Of a stretch of DNA of 64,000 nt, positions 24,010 to 35,329 are shown piece after piece. Every line of letters begins with the position of its first letter. Positions within the stretch are counted from its first letter, which is position 1. Position numbers and translations under genes: made by a program. The notes under the pieces were generated by a model. The model saw only the letters and a program-made list of their open reading frames with translations. It made no database searches and was not told where the DNA came from. This stretch comes from Malacoraja senta (taxonomy: Eukaryota), in assembly GCA_038087875.1 (NCBI GenBank), contig CM075980.1, positions 66,464,001-66,528,000 on the forward strand. Reading direction: 5' to 3'.

Positions 24010-26603
24010 CATTGAATACGGGACTGGCTAAGTGATGTTTCCTGTGTGTGTTTGTTTTTTTTTTCCCTCACGTATTGGTGATGGTGTTATTATATTGTGC
24101 TTGCAAAATATAAGGTGAAGGTGATAATGTAATTTTGTCATCTATTATATGATCTGTTGTAGGTATGGTGTACTTTTCCCCTTAGTTTTTGTGTAAAACT
24201 AAGGGTTTTAAAGGGGGAGGATTGAGGTGTATGCCCCTTTAAGAGATATCATACACCTATTGTAATACCGGTAGCCACAAAAGGGGGCTTGCTTAGTATA
24301 AAAGCCCTGGTGGTAGTGTGAGCACTCTCTCTTCCTTTCCCCCTCTGAAACCATGATTAAAGGCACGTTGGTTTTACCTGATGGTTTCTCGATGGTTATT
24401 TAAGTATCTGACTCCAGTACTTAACAATACTGTTCTATGTTCATGGTCTCTCTAAGAACATGGTTCTCTGATTTACAAACTCCATGCAGACAACCACGAG
24501 TGACCACTGATTTATTTTTATATACAATCATCCTATTGTTATTACTAACTTTGTTATTGCTGGTCTACAATTGTTAGGCCCTAACCCCCTTTATAAAATT
24601 GACTTTTATAAAACACATTTCTATAACACAAGTTGTTTTAAGAACATAAAATAGCCAGCGACTTTTGTTTATCTGAAAAAAAAATGGAGTCAGGCTCGAG
24701 CTTTCCAGACTCCGCTCCAAATGGCGTCAGGTTCGAGCTCGACTCCTCTCAAAATGGACGTCCCCCTCCCTCCCGTCAAAGTCCGGGATCGCATGCTCGT
24801 TCGACAGGCCGTGCGATGGTCACCCGACGTACGAGCAACAAAAGCTTCTGGTAAGGCAACATTTTTTTTAACTTACCGCAAGCACGTGGGACCAGCCGTA
24901 TTTGATTCACTCGGCCCCCGCGCAGCATCCGTGCGATGCTCCCGTGGATAGGCTCGGCGCTCTCGCCGTTGCCGTGCAGTCCCCTCTACCAGCGACGCCG
25001 CGCTTCACCGCCGATGACCGCAAACAGGTAAGACAGAGCCTTAAGGAGATCGATGCAGGATAATGTAAAAAAAGTAATTATGGAAAACATTCAGGTGCTG
25101 GAGGGTCCAGCCACTGGCCCTACCCCTGCACCTGCTTCATTACCTGTCCCATCTCCTGCCCCATCTCCTGCCTCAACTGCTTCCACATCTGCTGCCCCAT
25201 CTGCTTCTCCATCTGCTGCCCAATCTGCTGGCCCATCTGCTGGCCCATGTCCTGCTCCAGCTTATGTCCCTGCATGGGTGTGGAACAGGTCTGGCTCACA
25301 GCCATATAATCTTTCCCGAGAACAAGAGGGGGACCTGGTGGAATGGTATCAGGCACACCATGAGCTGTACGACAAGACCCTCCGTGATTTTAGGAACAGG
25401 GGTCTCCGTAACATCATAATTGGAGAAAAGGCGAAGGAGTTCCCTGACTGCTCTTGTAAGTACATATTTTTCAGTTTATCTACATTTCTGTGTTTGTAAT
25501 TGAGGTTCCAATTCATATTATAAGTTGCTCAACACTTATCTTCATTTATTCTATCTTTTCACAGATGACCAACTGTGTCAATGGCTAAAGAGTCAGAGGA
25601 CACGGTTCGGGAAAATATCGCAAGGTCTTGGCAAGTCTGGCTCTGGCAGTAGGACACTGACTGACAGAGACCAGTGGATATATGAGAAATGGGGGTTCGT
25701 GCGGGACCACATTGTAAGAGTGCAGAGGAAGGAGATTTGCAGGAAGGTGAATAACTCAGAAAATTATGTGACAATAAATATTAGTTGGCAAGTCAGTACA
25801 AAATATTTTTAACAATGATAACTTGGTGTTCACTTTTCCTGCTACGTCCTGATGGCCTTGCACTTTTATGATAAGCATTCACTTTCTTCTAGTGTACTGT
25901 GGGTGTATCAACGTGCGCGGACTCGAGTGAGGGTGAGCCTGATCCGCTAGAGGGACCTTCACATGGACCATCCGGGTCATGCACTGCTGTCGAACTGCAG
26001 CAGCATGCAAGACGGAAGCAGGTCAGCACAACTGCGTCAGATAGCGAGGTGCCTGTCCAAAGTCTGCAACGGGACATGTTCAGGGATGTAAGTGCTTTTG
26101 CATTACCCATCATCAAATCTCTTTCACTCCGCCCTACTTCCACGTTTCTCCATCGCATCCCACAATATAATTATCATGATTGTACTCTCTTGTTGCAGAT
26201 CATGGAACAGGCAAAGACAACGTCGGGCATGATCACCGCTTTCTCACAGCCAAGGACGTCCCAGGAGAGAATTGTGCATGCGTATGCATTTTTGCGTCAT
26301 TTCCAGTGAGTGCGGCCGAGGAAGGACGGAGCCGCGGCTCGAGAGGCTAACAGAGGCTAAGAGGTTTGCCACGCACTGCAAGGGAGCAGTGGACCAGACA
26401 GGAAGAGCGGACGGAATTACTACTTGACAGCCAAACCAGTAGGTAATTTACGGCTGGGGTGAGTACTTTCCCATTTATAGGAGGTAGGATATATAAATAA
26501 GGGGTGTATCAATAGGAGGTAGGATTATATAAATAAGGGGTGTATCAATATAGTAATCCAGGTAGGGGATTCTTAAATAGGACCAGTTATTTACTTATAT
26601 AAG

Positions 26604-27566
26604 ATGGGCGGCCAGGAGATGTGCCAATACTGTGAGATGTGGGAATTTGTCGACACCATTGATGTAGATGGTGTAGATGATCCCTACAGCTGCAGTAAGT
26701 GTTTGAGGCTAGCGGAACTCGAGCTCCGCATTGAGGAGCTGGAGACCCAACTTCATACGCTGCGGTACATCAGGGAGGGGGAGTATTACCTGGATGTTTT
26801 GTGCCAGGGGATGGTCACACCGACCAGTTTAACTAATTCAGTAGTGAGTGAGCAAGGAAAGGAAGGTGTGGCCATAAGCGAGGCAGGTAGGGGGAACCAG
26901 GAGGAGATGCGGCAGGAGCCACAGCCCTTGTTCCTGACGAGCATGACCGAGGCTCTTACTCAATGTGAGGACGGGATCAGGGGCTGTGGGAAGGATGAGC
27001 AACCTGGCTGCAGCACCGTGGATCAGGGGGACATTCAAGAGGGGGGAGTTAGAAGAAATGCCGTTGTGATAGGGGATAGTATTATTCGGGGGGTAGATAA
27101 GGTTCTCTGCGGCCAGCAGAACATGTCCCGAAGGCTGTGTTGCCTACCCGGTGCTAGGGTTAAGGATATCTCTGCGATGCTGGAGAGAAATTTGCAGAGG
27201 GAGGGGGAGGATCCAGTGGTCGTGGTCCATGTGGGGACCAATGACATAGGAAGGACGAGGAAGGAGGATCTGCTGAAGGAGTTTGAGCAGTTAGGGAATA
27301 AATTAAAAAGCAGAACCTCGAGGGTACTGATCTCCGGATTGCTACCTGAGCCACGGGCCAAATCGGCGAGAGTACGTAAAATTAAAAAGCTGAATGCGTG
27401 GCTCAAAGACTGGTGTGGGAAAAATGGGTTTGGTTTCTTGGGCCACTGGCACCAGTACTGGGACAGGGGGGATCTGTTCTGTAAGGACGGACTTCACCTG
27501 AACGGTGCTGGGACTGGGATCCGGGCAAATCATATAACTAGGGCAGTAGAGAGGTCTTTAAACTAA
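26604..27566 (+). CDS. CR1 ORF1 (Zn finger, leucine zipper, SGNH esterase)
   Basis: CxxC..CxxC, coiled-coil segment, IGDS, GTND, DGLH. Confidence 0.93.
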   Translation: MGGQEMCQYCEMWEFVDTIDVDGVDDPYSCSKCLRLAELELRIEELETQLHTLRYIREGEYYLDVLCQGMVTPTSLTNSVVSEQGKEGVAISEAGRGNQEEMRQEPQPLFLTSMTEALTQCEDGIRGCGKDEQPGCSTVDQGDIQEGGVRRNAVVIGDSIIRGVDKVLCGQQNMSRRLCCLPGARVKDISAMLERNLQREGEDPVVVVHVGTNDIGRTRKEDLLKEFEQLGNKLKSRTSRVLISGLLPEPRAKSARVRKIKKLNAWLKDWCGKNGFGFLGHWHQYWDRGDLFCKDGLHLNGAGTGIRANHITRAVERSLN

Positions 27567-27589
27567 GTAGCGGGGGGGAGGTATCAAGG

Positions 27590-30554
27590 GTGGTAATAAC
27601 GGCAGGGGTAGAGGAAATAGAGCAGGGTATCAGTGGGGAAACGGAAAATCAAAATGTGACAGGAGGATCCAGAATGTGTGAAGATAAAGCTCTAGATGTA
27701 AAAGGTGCAAAAACAAAAAGGAAGGGTAGTAAAAATCATCTGAAAGTGCTGTATCTAAATGCACGGAGTATTCGAAATAAGATAAATGAATTAACGGTGC
27801 AATTAAGTATATATAGTTATGATATCGTGGCCATTACGGAGACATGGCTGCAAGGGGATCAGGACTGGGAGTTAAATATAGAGGGGTACTCGACAATTAG
27901 AAAAAATAGACAGGAAAGAAAGGGAGGAGGGGTGGCCCTTTTAATAAGGGAGGGAATAACGGCAATAGAGAGGAAGGATATTGCGTTGAAGAATCAGGAT
28001 AGTGAAACAGCTTGGGTACAGATAGAGAATAACAAGGGGGAAAAAAACACTAGTGGGTGTAATTTATAGACCTCCAAATAGCTGTGACGCTGTTAGTCAG
28101 AACATAAATCTGCAAATAGTTGACGCATGTAAAAAGGGAACTGCTGTAATCATGGGGGACTTCAATTTTCATATTAATTGGGCAAACCAAACTGGGCAGG
28201 GTAAACTAGAGGAAGAGTTTATAGAATGTATTAGAGACGGGTTCCTAGAACAGTATGTCACAGAACCGACAAGGGGGGAGGCAATCTTGGATCTGGTCCT
28301 GTGTAATGAAGCAGGATTAATTAAAAATGTCATAGTTAGGGACTCGTTGGGAACAAGTGACCACAATATGGTCGAATTCCATATTCAAATAGAAGGGGAG
28401 CAGGTTGAAACTCAGGCTAGGGTACTTAGTCTAAATAAGGGGGATTATGAAGGTATGAGGACTGAGCTGATCAAAGTTGACTGGGATAGCAGACTCAAGA
28501 ATAAGACGGTACATGAGCAGTGGTGTACGTTTAAGGATCTACTGTATAACCTTCAAGAAAAATTTATTCCTATGAAGAAAAAAAGGGATAAGGGTAAGAA
28601 CAGTCAGCCATGGCTCAGTAAAACTATAAAGGATAGTATTCGGCTGAAGGCAAGGGCATATAAGGTAGCCAGAGATAGTGGGAGGGTAGAGGATTGGGAA
28701 GCATTTAAAGGTCAGCAAAAAATAACTAAGAGATTAATTAAGACGGGGAAAATAGACTATGAAAGGAATTTAGCGAACAACATAAAAACTAATAGTAAGA
28801 GTTTTTATAGCTATATAAAAAGAAAAAGGGTGGCTAAGGTGAACGTTGGTCCATTGGAGGGTGAGACTGGAGAGTTGTTGGTGGGGAACATGGAAATGGC
28901 AAAGGCATTAAACGAGTATTTTGTATCAGTCGTCACCATAGAAGACACAAAAAATATTCCAACGCTGGATAAACAGGGGGAGGTAGGAATGGAGGAGCTA
29001 AATACTATTAAGATCACCAAGGAGGTGGTATTAGGGAAATTAATGAGACTGAAGGAGGATAAATCCCCTGGGCCTGATGGATTACATCCAAGGGTCTTGA
29101 GGGAGATAGCGGTGGGGATTGTGGATGCATTGGTGATAATTTTCCAAAACTCCCTGGAGGCAGGAACGGTCCCAGTGGATTGGAAAATGGCCAATGTAAC
29201 ACCTATATTTAAAAAAGGAAGTAAACAGAAGGCGGGTAACTATAGACCGGTTAGTCTAACATCGGTGGTGGGTAAAATGTTAAGAGACAATTATTAAAGA
29301 AACACTAACGGGGCACTTGGATGGACATGACTTCATCGGACAGAACCAGCATGGTTTTGTGAAGGGGAAGTCCTGTTTAACGAATCTGCTCGAATTCTTT
29401 GAGGAAGTAACAACCCGGGTGGATAAAGGGGAACCGGTGGATGTGGTATACTTGGACTTCCAAAAGGCTTTTGACAAGGTGCCACATAAGAGACTATTGC
29501 TAAAAATAAAAAATTATGGGATTGGGGGTAATATATTAGCATGGGTAGAGGATTGGCTAACAAATAGGAAGCAGAGAGTGGGGATAAATGGTTCATATTC
29601 GGGATGGCAACCGGTAACTAGCGGGGTTCCGCAAGGGTCGGTGCTGGGACCCCAGTTGTTCACAATTTATATAAATGATTTGGAGGAGGGAACCAAGTGT
29701 AATATGTCAAAATTTGCGGACGATACAAAAATGGGAAGAAAAGTAGTGGATGAGGAGGATAGGAAGAGTCTGCAAAAGGATATAGATAAGCTAGGTGAGT
29801 GGGCAACAACTTGGCAGATGAAATTTAATACTAATAAATGTGAAGTCATTCACTTTGGGGGAAAAAAAATGATAGGGCAAGTTATTTTCTAAATGAGGAG
29901 GAGCTGCGCTGTAATGCAACGCAAAGGGATCTAGGGGTAGTAGTACATGAATCACTAAAAGTTAGTATGCAGGTGCAGCAAGCTATCAGGAAGGCCAATG
30001 GAGTTTTGGCCTTTATTGCTAGGGGGATTGAGTATAAAAACACGGAGGTCTTGCTGCAGCTGTACACAGTATTAGTGAGACCACATTTGGAATACTGTGT
30101 ACAGTTCTGGGGTCCATACTTAAGAAAGGATGTACTGGCCCTGGAGGCAGTGCAGCGAAGGTTTACAAGATTAATTCCTGCAATGAGGGGATTGACATAT
30201 GAGGAAAGGTTAAGTAGGCTGGAACTCTACTCTTTGGAGTTTAGAAGAATGAGAGGCGATCTCATTGAAACATATAAGATCGTGAGGGGCCTTGATCGGG
30301 TGGATGCACTGAGGATGTTCCCAATGATCGGGGAAACTAGAACTAGGGGACATAGTTGCAGAATAAGGGGGGGCTCTTTTAAAACTGAGATGAGGAAGAA
30401 CTTCTTCACCCAGAGGGTGGTTAATTTATGGAATTCACTGCCCCAGGGAGCAGTGGAAGCAGAAACATTAAATATATTTAAGTCTAAAATAGATGTTTTT
30501 TTAGTTGCCAAGGGGATAAGGGGCTACGGGGAGAGGGCAGGGATATGGACCTAG
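27590..30554 (+). pseudogene. CR1 ORF2 (APE endonuclease plus RT), three frameshifts
   Basis: YLNARS, ITETW, GDFN, SDH, GVPQGS, FADD. Breaks at ~28045, ~29282 and ~29865. Confidence 0.95.
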
Positions 30555-32070
30555 GTAGGGTTAGTATAGTAAGACCTGAGTGATCTCCTGGACAAGTGTC
30601 GATCGCCTGGATTGGGGTCGGAGAGGAATTTCCCGGATTTTTTTCCCGAATTGGACCTGGGTTTTTATCCGTTTTTTTGCCTCCCCCAGGAGATCACGCG
30701 GTTCTTGGGGTGGAGAGGGGTGATAGCGGTATAAAGGGGAGGGTAGTGTCTTGTGTCTACTGTTTGTGGGTAGGGGTGTTTGTTTGGTGTTCAGCCATGA
30801 GCGAATGGCGGTGCGGGCTCGATGGACCTGGTGGTCTGCTCTCGCACCTACTTTCTATGATTCTATGATTCTATGCAATGTTACTCAGGGAGATGTTCTT
30901 GATCCCTGAGGAAAATTGGCAACGCTACAGTATGGAGGGATTGTCCTTGGCAAGGGCGCACAGACTTCCTCTGCCAGTAAAATATTTAAATCAAAGTTTA
31001 TTGAAATTAAAAGTTTTAATTTAATGCAGTCTATGATTCATTTACTACGGTTTTCTTTGTGTTGCAGAGTCCGATAAGGCATATGCCATTAGTGCCACTG
31101 CAACAGACGAGGATGCCACCACAATATCCCCACCAGGTACACTGAAACATTTTTGAGTCTTCAGCCTGACTCAAGATTTTCTCTAACACACAGCTTGTGA
31201 AAGGTTGTGATTTGTTTTATATGATTTGTTTGGCACCGATACATATTGATACGCTTATGTGTTTTGCCCACAGGCAAGGATGGAATACCGTCCTGTGACA
31301 TACCCCTGGATGGCAGCCCCCCCCCACTATGTCAGTGGACACACCCCACCGCCACATCATTCATCACGTGGCATGGATAGGCTAGGGGAAAGCGAATTCC
31401 ATGTCCAATTTGAGGGTCCCGAAGATGGCACAAACTCCAGCACAGAAGTAACAGAATTCTATATTTAAGATTGACATGTGCCGTAGGAGTGAGGTTGCCC
31501 CCAAAATTCACTGTTGTGCCTGCTTGTGTGTTGCACATTACCGTTTAATTCACTGTTGTTTCTCACTACGTTATTTGTTTGCTTTCACTAATGAACAATG
31601 TTCTGTTGAATTGTGTTGCATATTTAAAAAGAATTGCTTGTTTTTCAATGTTAATTGTTTCCACTAAATAAACAGTTTAAATTTAATATAGTATTGTGGA
31701 AAAAAGTGTCTGTTAATCATGGCGTAGATCTCTCATATGTAAACAACCTGAAATGATGGAATGCATCTCACATACAAAAGCATTGATTTATTAGAGAAAT
31801 AAAACACAAACAGGCATAGAATAGCATTGAATTGTAAAAAAAATTCATTATAAGCCATGAAAATCAAACAATGGCATTTAAACGCTTTAAAGATCAGGCA
31901 ATTTTAAAATAGGTGATGTAGGTGGTACTATTAACACAGAATTAATAATTTCACAATGTAAAGCCATCCATCAACATACATAGATCGCACTTTTGTTAGA
32001 TCTGGGGCCTTCATGATCGGGTACCTCTGCTGTGAGAACACAACCCTGACATCCCGTTTGCTTTTGATCC

Positions 32071-33369
32071 TCAAAACACATTGTCCTGCCAGGGAACACT
32101 GCCTCGCTCAGAGTTGTAGTAAGCACAGAGATGGTCCCTCAGCTCCTTTGCTCTTCTGTTGCTGGTGTTTCCTTGCAATGACCCTAGTGCCACCATCGGT
32201 GATGCCGGTCTTGCAGCTCTCCATGAACCTGGTGTGACTTCACCTGTCTGTTTGTCCATTGTGTCACCCTCCACCAAGGCTGCAGACGCACCTCTGGTGC
32301 GGATCAGGTTATGGAGGACACATGCCGCGTAGACAATGGCCTGCACATTCTCGGGCTCCTGCTCTATTGTTGTCAGCAGGCATCTGAATCTGCTAGCAAG
32401 GATACCAAAAGCATTTTCCACTACCCTCATAGCACTGGACAGCCTGTAATTGAAGATCCTTTGCTCCCTTGACACCCCCCTGTGAGGGTATGGCTTCATC
32501 ATCCATGGCCTGAGTGCGAAGGCATCATCACCAACCAGTGCGTAGGGGATGTCAGGGTTGTCTTCTCCCGGCAGAGGTTCTGGATCCGGAAGGCCTGCTC
32601 TCCCTTCTTCCAATGCTTGCCCAAGGGAGGTCTCTCTCCAGATCCCTCCATCTGCGGCACTGCCAGGTGTGCCCACATTCACAAACATGAAGTTGTAGTT
32701 TGCATCTACCACAGCTAACAGCACGATGGAATGGAACTTCTTGTAGTTAAAGTACACAGAACCTCCCCCGGGTGGACACCGGATGGCCACATGCTTCCCG
32801 TCAACAGCCCCACATGTGTGCAGGAAGTTCCATCTGCTTTGAAAGCCGTGCGCCACACTCCTCCACCCGTCTGGTGTAGTTGGGCAGTCAATAAGCTCAT
32901 CATATGTTTTGTTGATGGCGTCACACGTCTCTCGGACTACACCGCTGATGGTGTTGTGAGCCACACGGAAGTTATACGACAGGCTCTTGTAGGAATCCCC
33001 TGATGCAAGGTAGCGGAGGGTGATGGCTAGGCGCAGGCCTGGTTCCAGTGACTTCCGCATGACGGTGTCCATTTTCTGCAGTAGAGGTCCGACTCGTGTC
33101 TTGAGCTCCTGAAACAGGTCAGGCGGGATCCTGGTGAAATTTCTAAAGGCAGCATCATCTACCCGCTGCAGATCCGTCATCATGGTCTCATACTGGCCCA
33201 AAGTGGGTCTCATCCGGAACAAAGACCTCATCCACACAGACCTCTTCCTGGGCTTCTTCTTCATAACCTTCTTTGTTGAACTGCTGCACGGATGACCTGC
33301 AACCATGACGGCTGCTGCTAAGAGAAGAGTATGTTGGTGTAGCAGCAATGCAATGTCAATGTCTTCCAT
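32071..33369 (-). CDS. Harbinger (HARBI1-family) DDE transposase, full-length 432 aa
   Basis: Uninterrupted ORF with HTH and D(GKH)/D(AF)/E(NAFG) motifs. Confidence 0.93.
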   Translation of the reverse strand: MEDIDIALLLHQHTLLLAAAVMVAGHPCSSSTKKVMKKKPRKRSVWMRSLFRMRPTLGQYETMMTDLQRVDDAAFRNFTRIPPDLFQELKTRVGPLLQKMDTVMRKSLEPGLRLAITLRYLASGDSYKSLSYNFRVAHNTISGVVRETCDAINKTYDELIDCPTTPDGWRSVAHGFQSRWNFLHTCGAVDGKHVAIRCPPGGGSVYFNYKKFHSIVLLAVVDANYNFMFVNVGTPGSAADGGIWRETSLGQALEEGRAGLPDPEPLPGEDNPDIPYALVGDDAFALRPWMMKPYPHRGVSREQRIFNYRLSSAMRVVENAFGILASRFRCLLTTIEQEPENVQAIVYAACVLHNLIRTRGASAALVEGDTMDKQTGEVTPGSWRAARPASPMVALGSLQGNTSNRRAKELRDHLCAYYNSERGSVPWQDNVF

Positions 33370-33537
33370 TGTGCAGTAGTTTACAGGTCCTAATCAAGTT
33401 TGCTGCAAAATTAAGAGAAAGAATAAGTGTGAATATTCTGAAAAAGTTTACGTGGGGAGAGTTGACATGGACTTTGTGGGCCAAAGGGCCTGTACCTGTG
33501 TTATACTGTTCTATGTTCATGGTCTCTCTAAGAACAC

Positions 33538-33799
33538 AGCTGCTACTGTTGACCAAGCAATGAACATTCTCCCACTCTCCTTCACACTTGAGGTGATTTA
33601 TGTTGGCCAATTAACCTACCAGCAGGCAAGTCTTTGCGGGAGGAAACTGTAGCGTATGGAGGAAGATATTTGGACAGTTGCATGGATAGGAAGGGTTTAG
33701 AGGGCTCTGGGCCAAATGCAGATAAATGACACTAGCCCAGTATGCCAGCTTGGTTGGCATGGTCATGGTGGGCTAAAGGTCCTGTTTAGGTGTTGTATG
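33538..33799 (+). other. ~260-bp foreign filler (old SINE/CR1 3'-end fragments) inside Harbinger copy 3
   Basis: Replaces TGGTTCTC(T/A) of the other copies. Contains a degenerate CR1-type 3' end (GGATAGGAAGGGTTTAGAGGG..GGGCTAAAGG). Confidence 0.65.
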
Positions 33800-34219
33800 A
33801 TTTACAAACTCCATGCAGACAACCACGAGTGACCACTGATTTATTTTTATATACAATCATCCTATTGTTATTACTAACTTTGTTATTGCTGGTCTACAAT
33901 TCTTAGGCCCTAACCCCCTTTATAAAATTGACTTTTAAAAAGCACATTTCTATAACACAAGTTGTTTTAAGAACAAAAATAGCCAGCGACTTTTGTTTAC
34001 CTGAAAAAAAATGGCATCAGGCTCGAGCTTCCAGACTCCGCTCCAAATGGCGTCAGGCTCGAGCTTGACTCCTCTCAAAATGGACGTCCCCCCCCCTCCA
34101 GTCAAAGTCCGGGATCGCATACTCGTTGGACAGGCCGTGCGATGGTCACCCGACGAACGTGCAACAAAAGGCAACATTTTTTTTTACTTACGATTGTAAC
34201 AATGCTACAGATGAAGCAG

Positions 34220-35229
34220 TCAGCTGTGGTGAAGAGTCAGAGGAGGAGCCATCTTGGGGAACGGCTGCTAACCAGCAGCCGTCCGTTTAAATAACTTTTT
34301 TTAAACAGTTTTAGTGAGTCTCCGTTTTGTTTGTAGGAGTTATTCTACTTTTTAATGTTGGGTATTCTACTTTTTAATGTTGGGTGAAGGGGCAACGACA
34401 TTTCTAGGTCCCTACCTGGTTGGTGAGGCTTTTTCTCCGGGCTGCCCCGTCGACCCGTCCTCGTGGCCTACCAGCGGGCCTGGAGCGCCGTTTCCTGGCG
34501 GGGACCGCCCTGCACCTCGGCTTGGTGGCGGCACAGCGCTGGAGCGCTGTCACGGAGCGGAGCGGGCGATGCCTTGCCTGGGTCGCCGCGCTGGAGCTCC
34601 GGTGAGCTGTGACCGGCGAGGTCAACACCTCCGGGCTGCGGGACTGCGGAGAGGTTCGGGCGGCGCCGACTTTAACATCCGGAGCCTTGGAGCTCCAAAC
34701 CGGCGCGGCCCTTGTCGGCTTCGGTAGCTGCGGCCTCCGGTGAGGAATGCGGCCGTTCCAGGTGGCCCAGCCGTTGAGAGGACTCTCCGCCGGGGCAACA
34801 TCACCCGGTGAGAACGGCCAGGAACATCGGGCCTCCGTAGAGGCAATAGCGGAGGCCTCAATAGGCCTGACTTTGGGTGAACTGGGGTTGGGGACTGGAC
34901 ATTGTGCCTTCCCCCACAGTGGTAACCATTGTGGGGGGATGATTTTTGTGTGTTGTGTCTATGTTAGTCTGTGTCCAAGATGGCGGTCGGAGGGAGAGTG
35001 GACGCTGGCGCGGTTTCGCTGGCGCAGTTTAGCTGCCGCTGCTCTCTCCTCACATTGTGTTTCTGATTTTCTTTTTTGTGTCTTTGGATTGAATTCTGTC
35101 TTTCATTTGTGTATTGGTGATGTCTTTATAACTTATTTTACCCCGATTATTTGTTTCTTTGTTTACTCTGTAAGGTGTCCTTGAGACTTTTGTATAGGCG
35201 CCCACAAATAAAATTTATTATTATTATTA
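34220..35229 (+). mobile_element. Non-coding GC-rich retroposon with an L2-type 3' tail
   Basis: Ends GTAAGGTGTCCTTGAG..AGGCGC..AAATAAAATTTATTATTATTATTA. The 5' boundary is approximate. Confidence 0.55.
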
Positions 35230-35329
35230 ACTGGATGATCACCAGACTGTCTTGGGAGAGGGTTTGAAGAACGTTGAGGAAGAGCGGTTGGAAGAGTGAC
35301 CAATGGCGAGTTGTTTTTAAAATGCAAGT

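Larger units (their letters stand above)
19144..24426 (+). mobile_element. Near-complete Gypsy LTR retrotransposon, TSD ATACT
   Basis: 204-bp LTRs at 19144-19347 and 24223-24426 (2 differences seen), PBS TGGCGACGAG (tRNA-Ser type), PPT AAAGGGGGAGG, and gag-PR-RT-RH-IN order. Confidence 0.97.
15108..25041 (-). mobile_element. PIF/Harbinger copy 2, with MADF deletion and MITE and Gypsy insertions
   Basis: TTA|AAGGCCTGTCTCACGAG left end and ..AAGACAGAGCCT|TAA right end. High identity to copies 1 and 3. Confidence 0.9.
26289..30871 (+). mobile_element. Full-length CR1 LINE
   Basis: 5' UTR, ORF1, ORF2 and (ATTCTATG)n tail. TATGCA duplicated at 26283-88 and 30872-77. Confidence 0.96.
25053..31468 (+). 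pseudogene. Six-exon MADF (plus BESS-like) Harbinger partner gene, exon 4 split by CR1
   Basis: Exons ~25053-25455, 25565-25746, 25893-26087, 26199-26288+30878-30976, 31068-31136, 31274-31468. All introns are GT-AG and frame-consistent. MADF-like LVEWYQAHHELYDK..RN..LCQWLKSQRTRF. Confidence 0.85.
25042..34190 (-). mobile_element. PIF/Harbinger copy 3, lacking the left ~520 bp and the right TIR; carries a CR1 insertion
   Basis: Begins at an internal TAA matching 15629. Homology to the other copies stops at ~34190. Confidence 0.88.

Noticed and set aside
32071-33369. Domesticated host HARBI1 gene
   Set aside because: Three near-identical copies with TIRs and a partner gene indicate a transposon.
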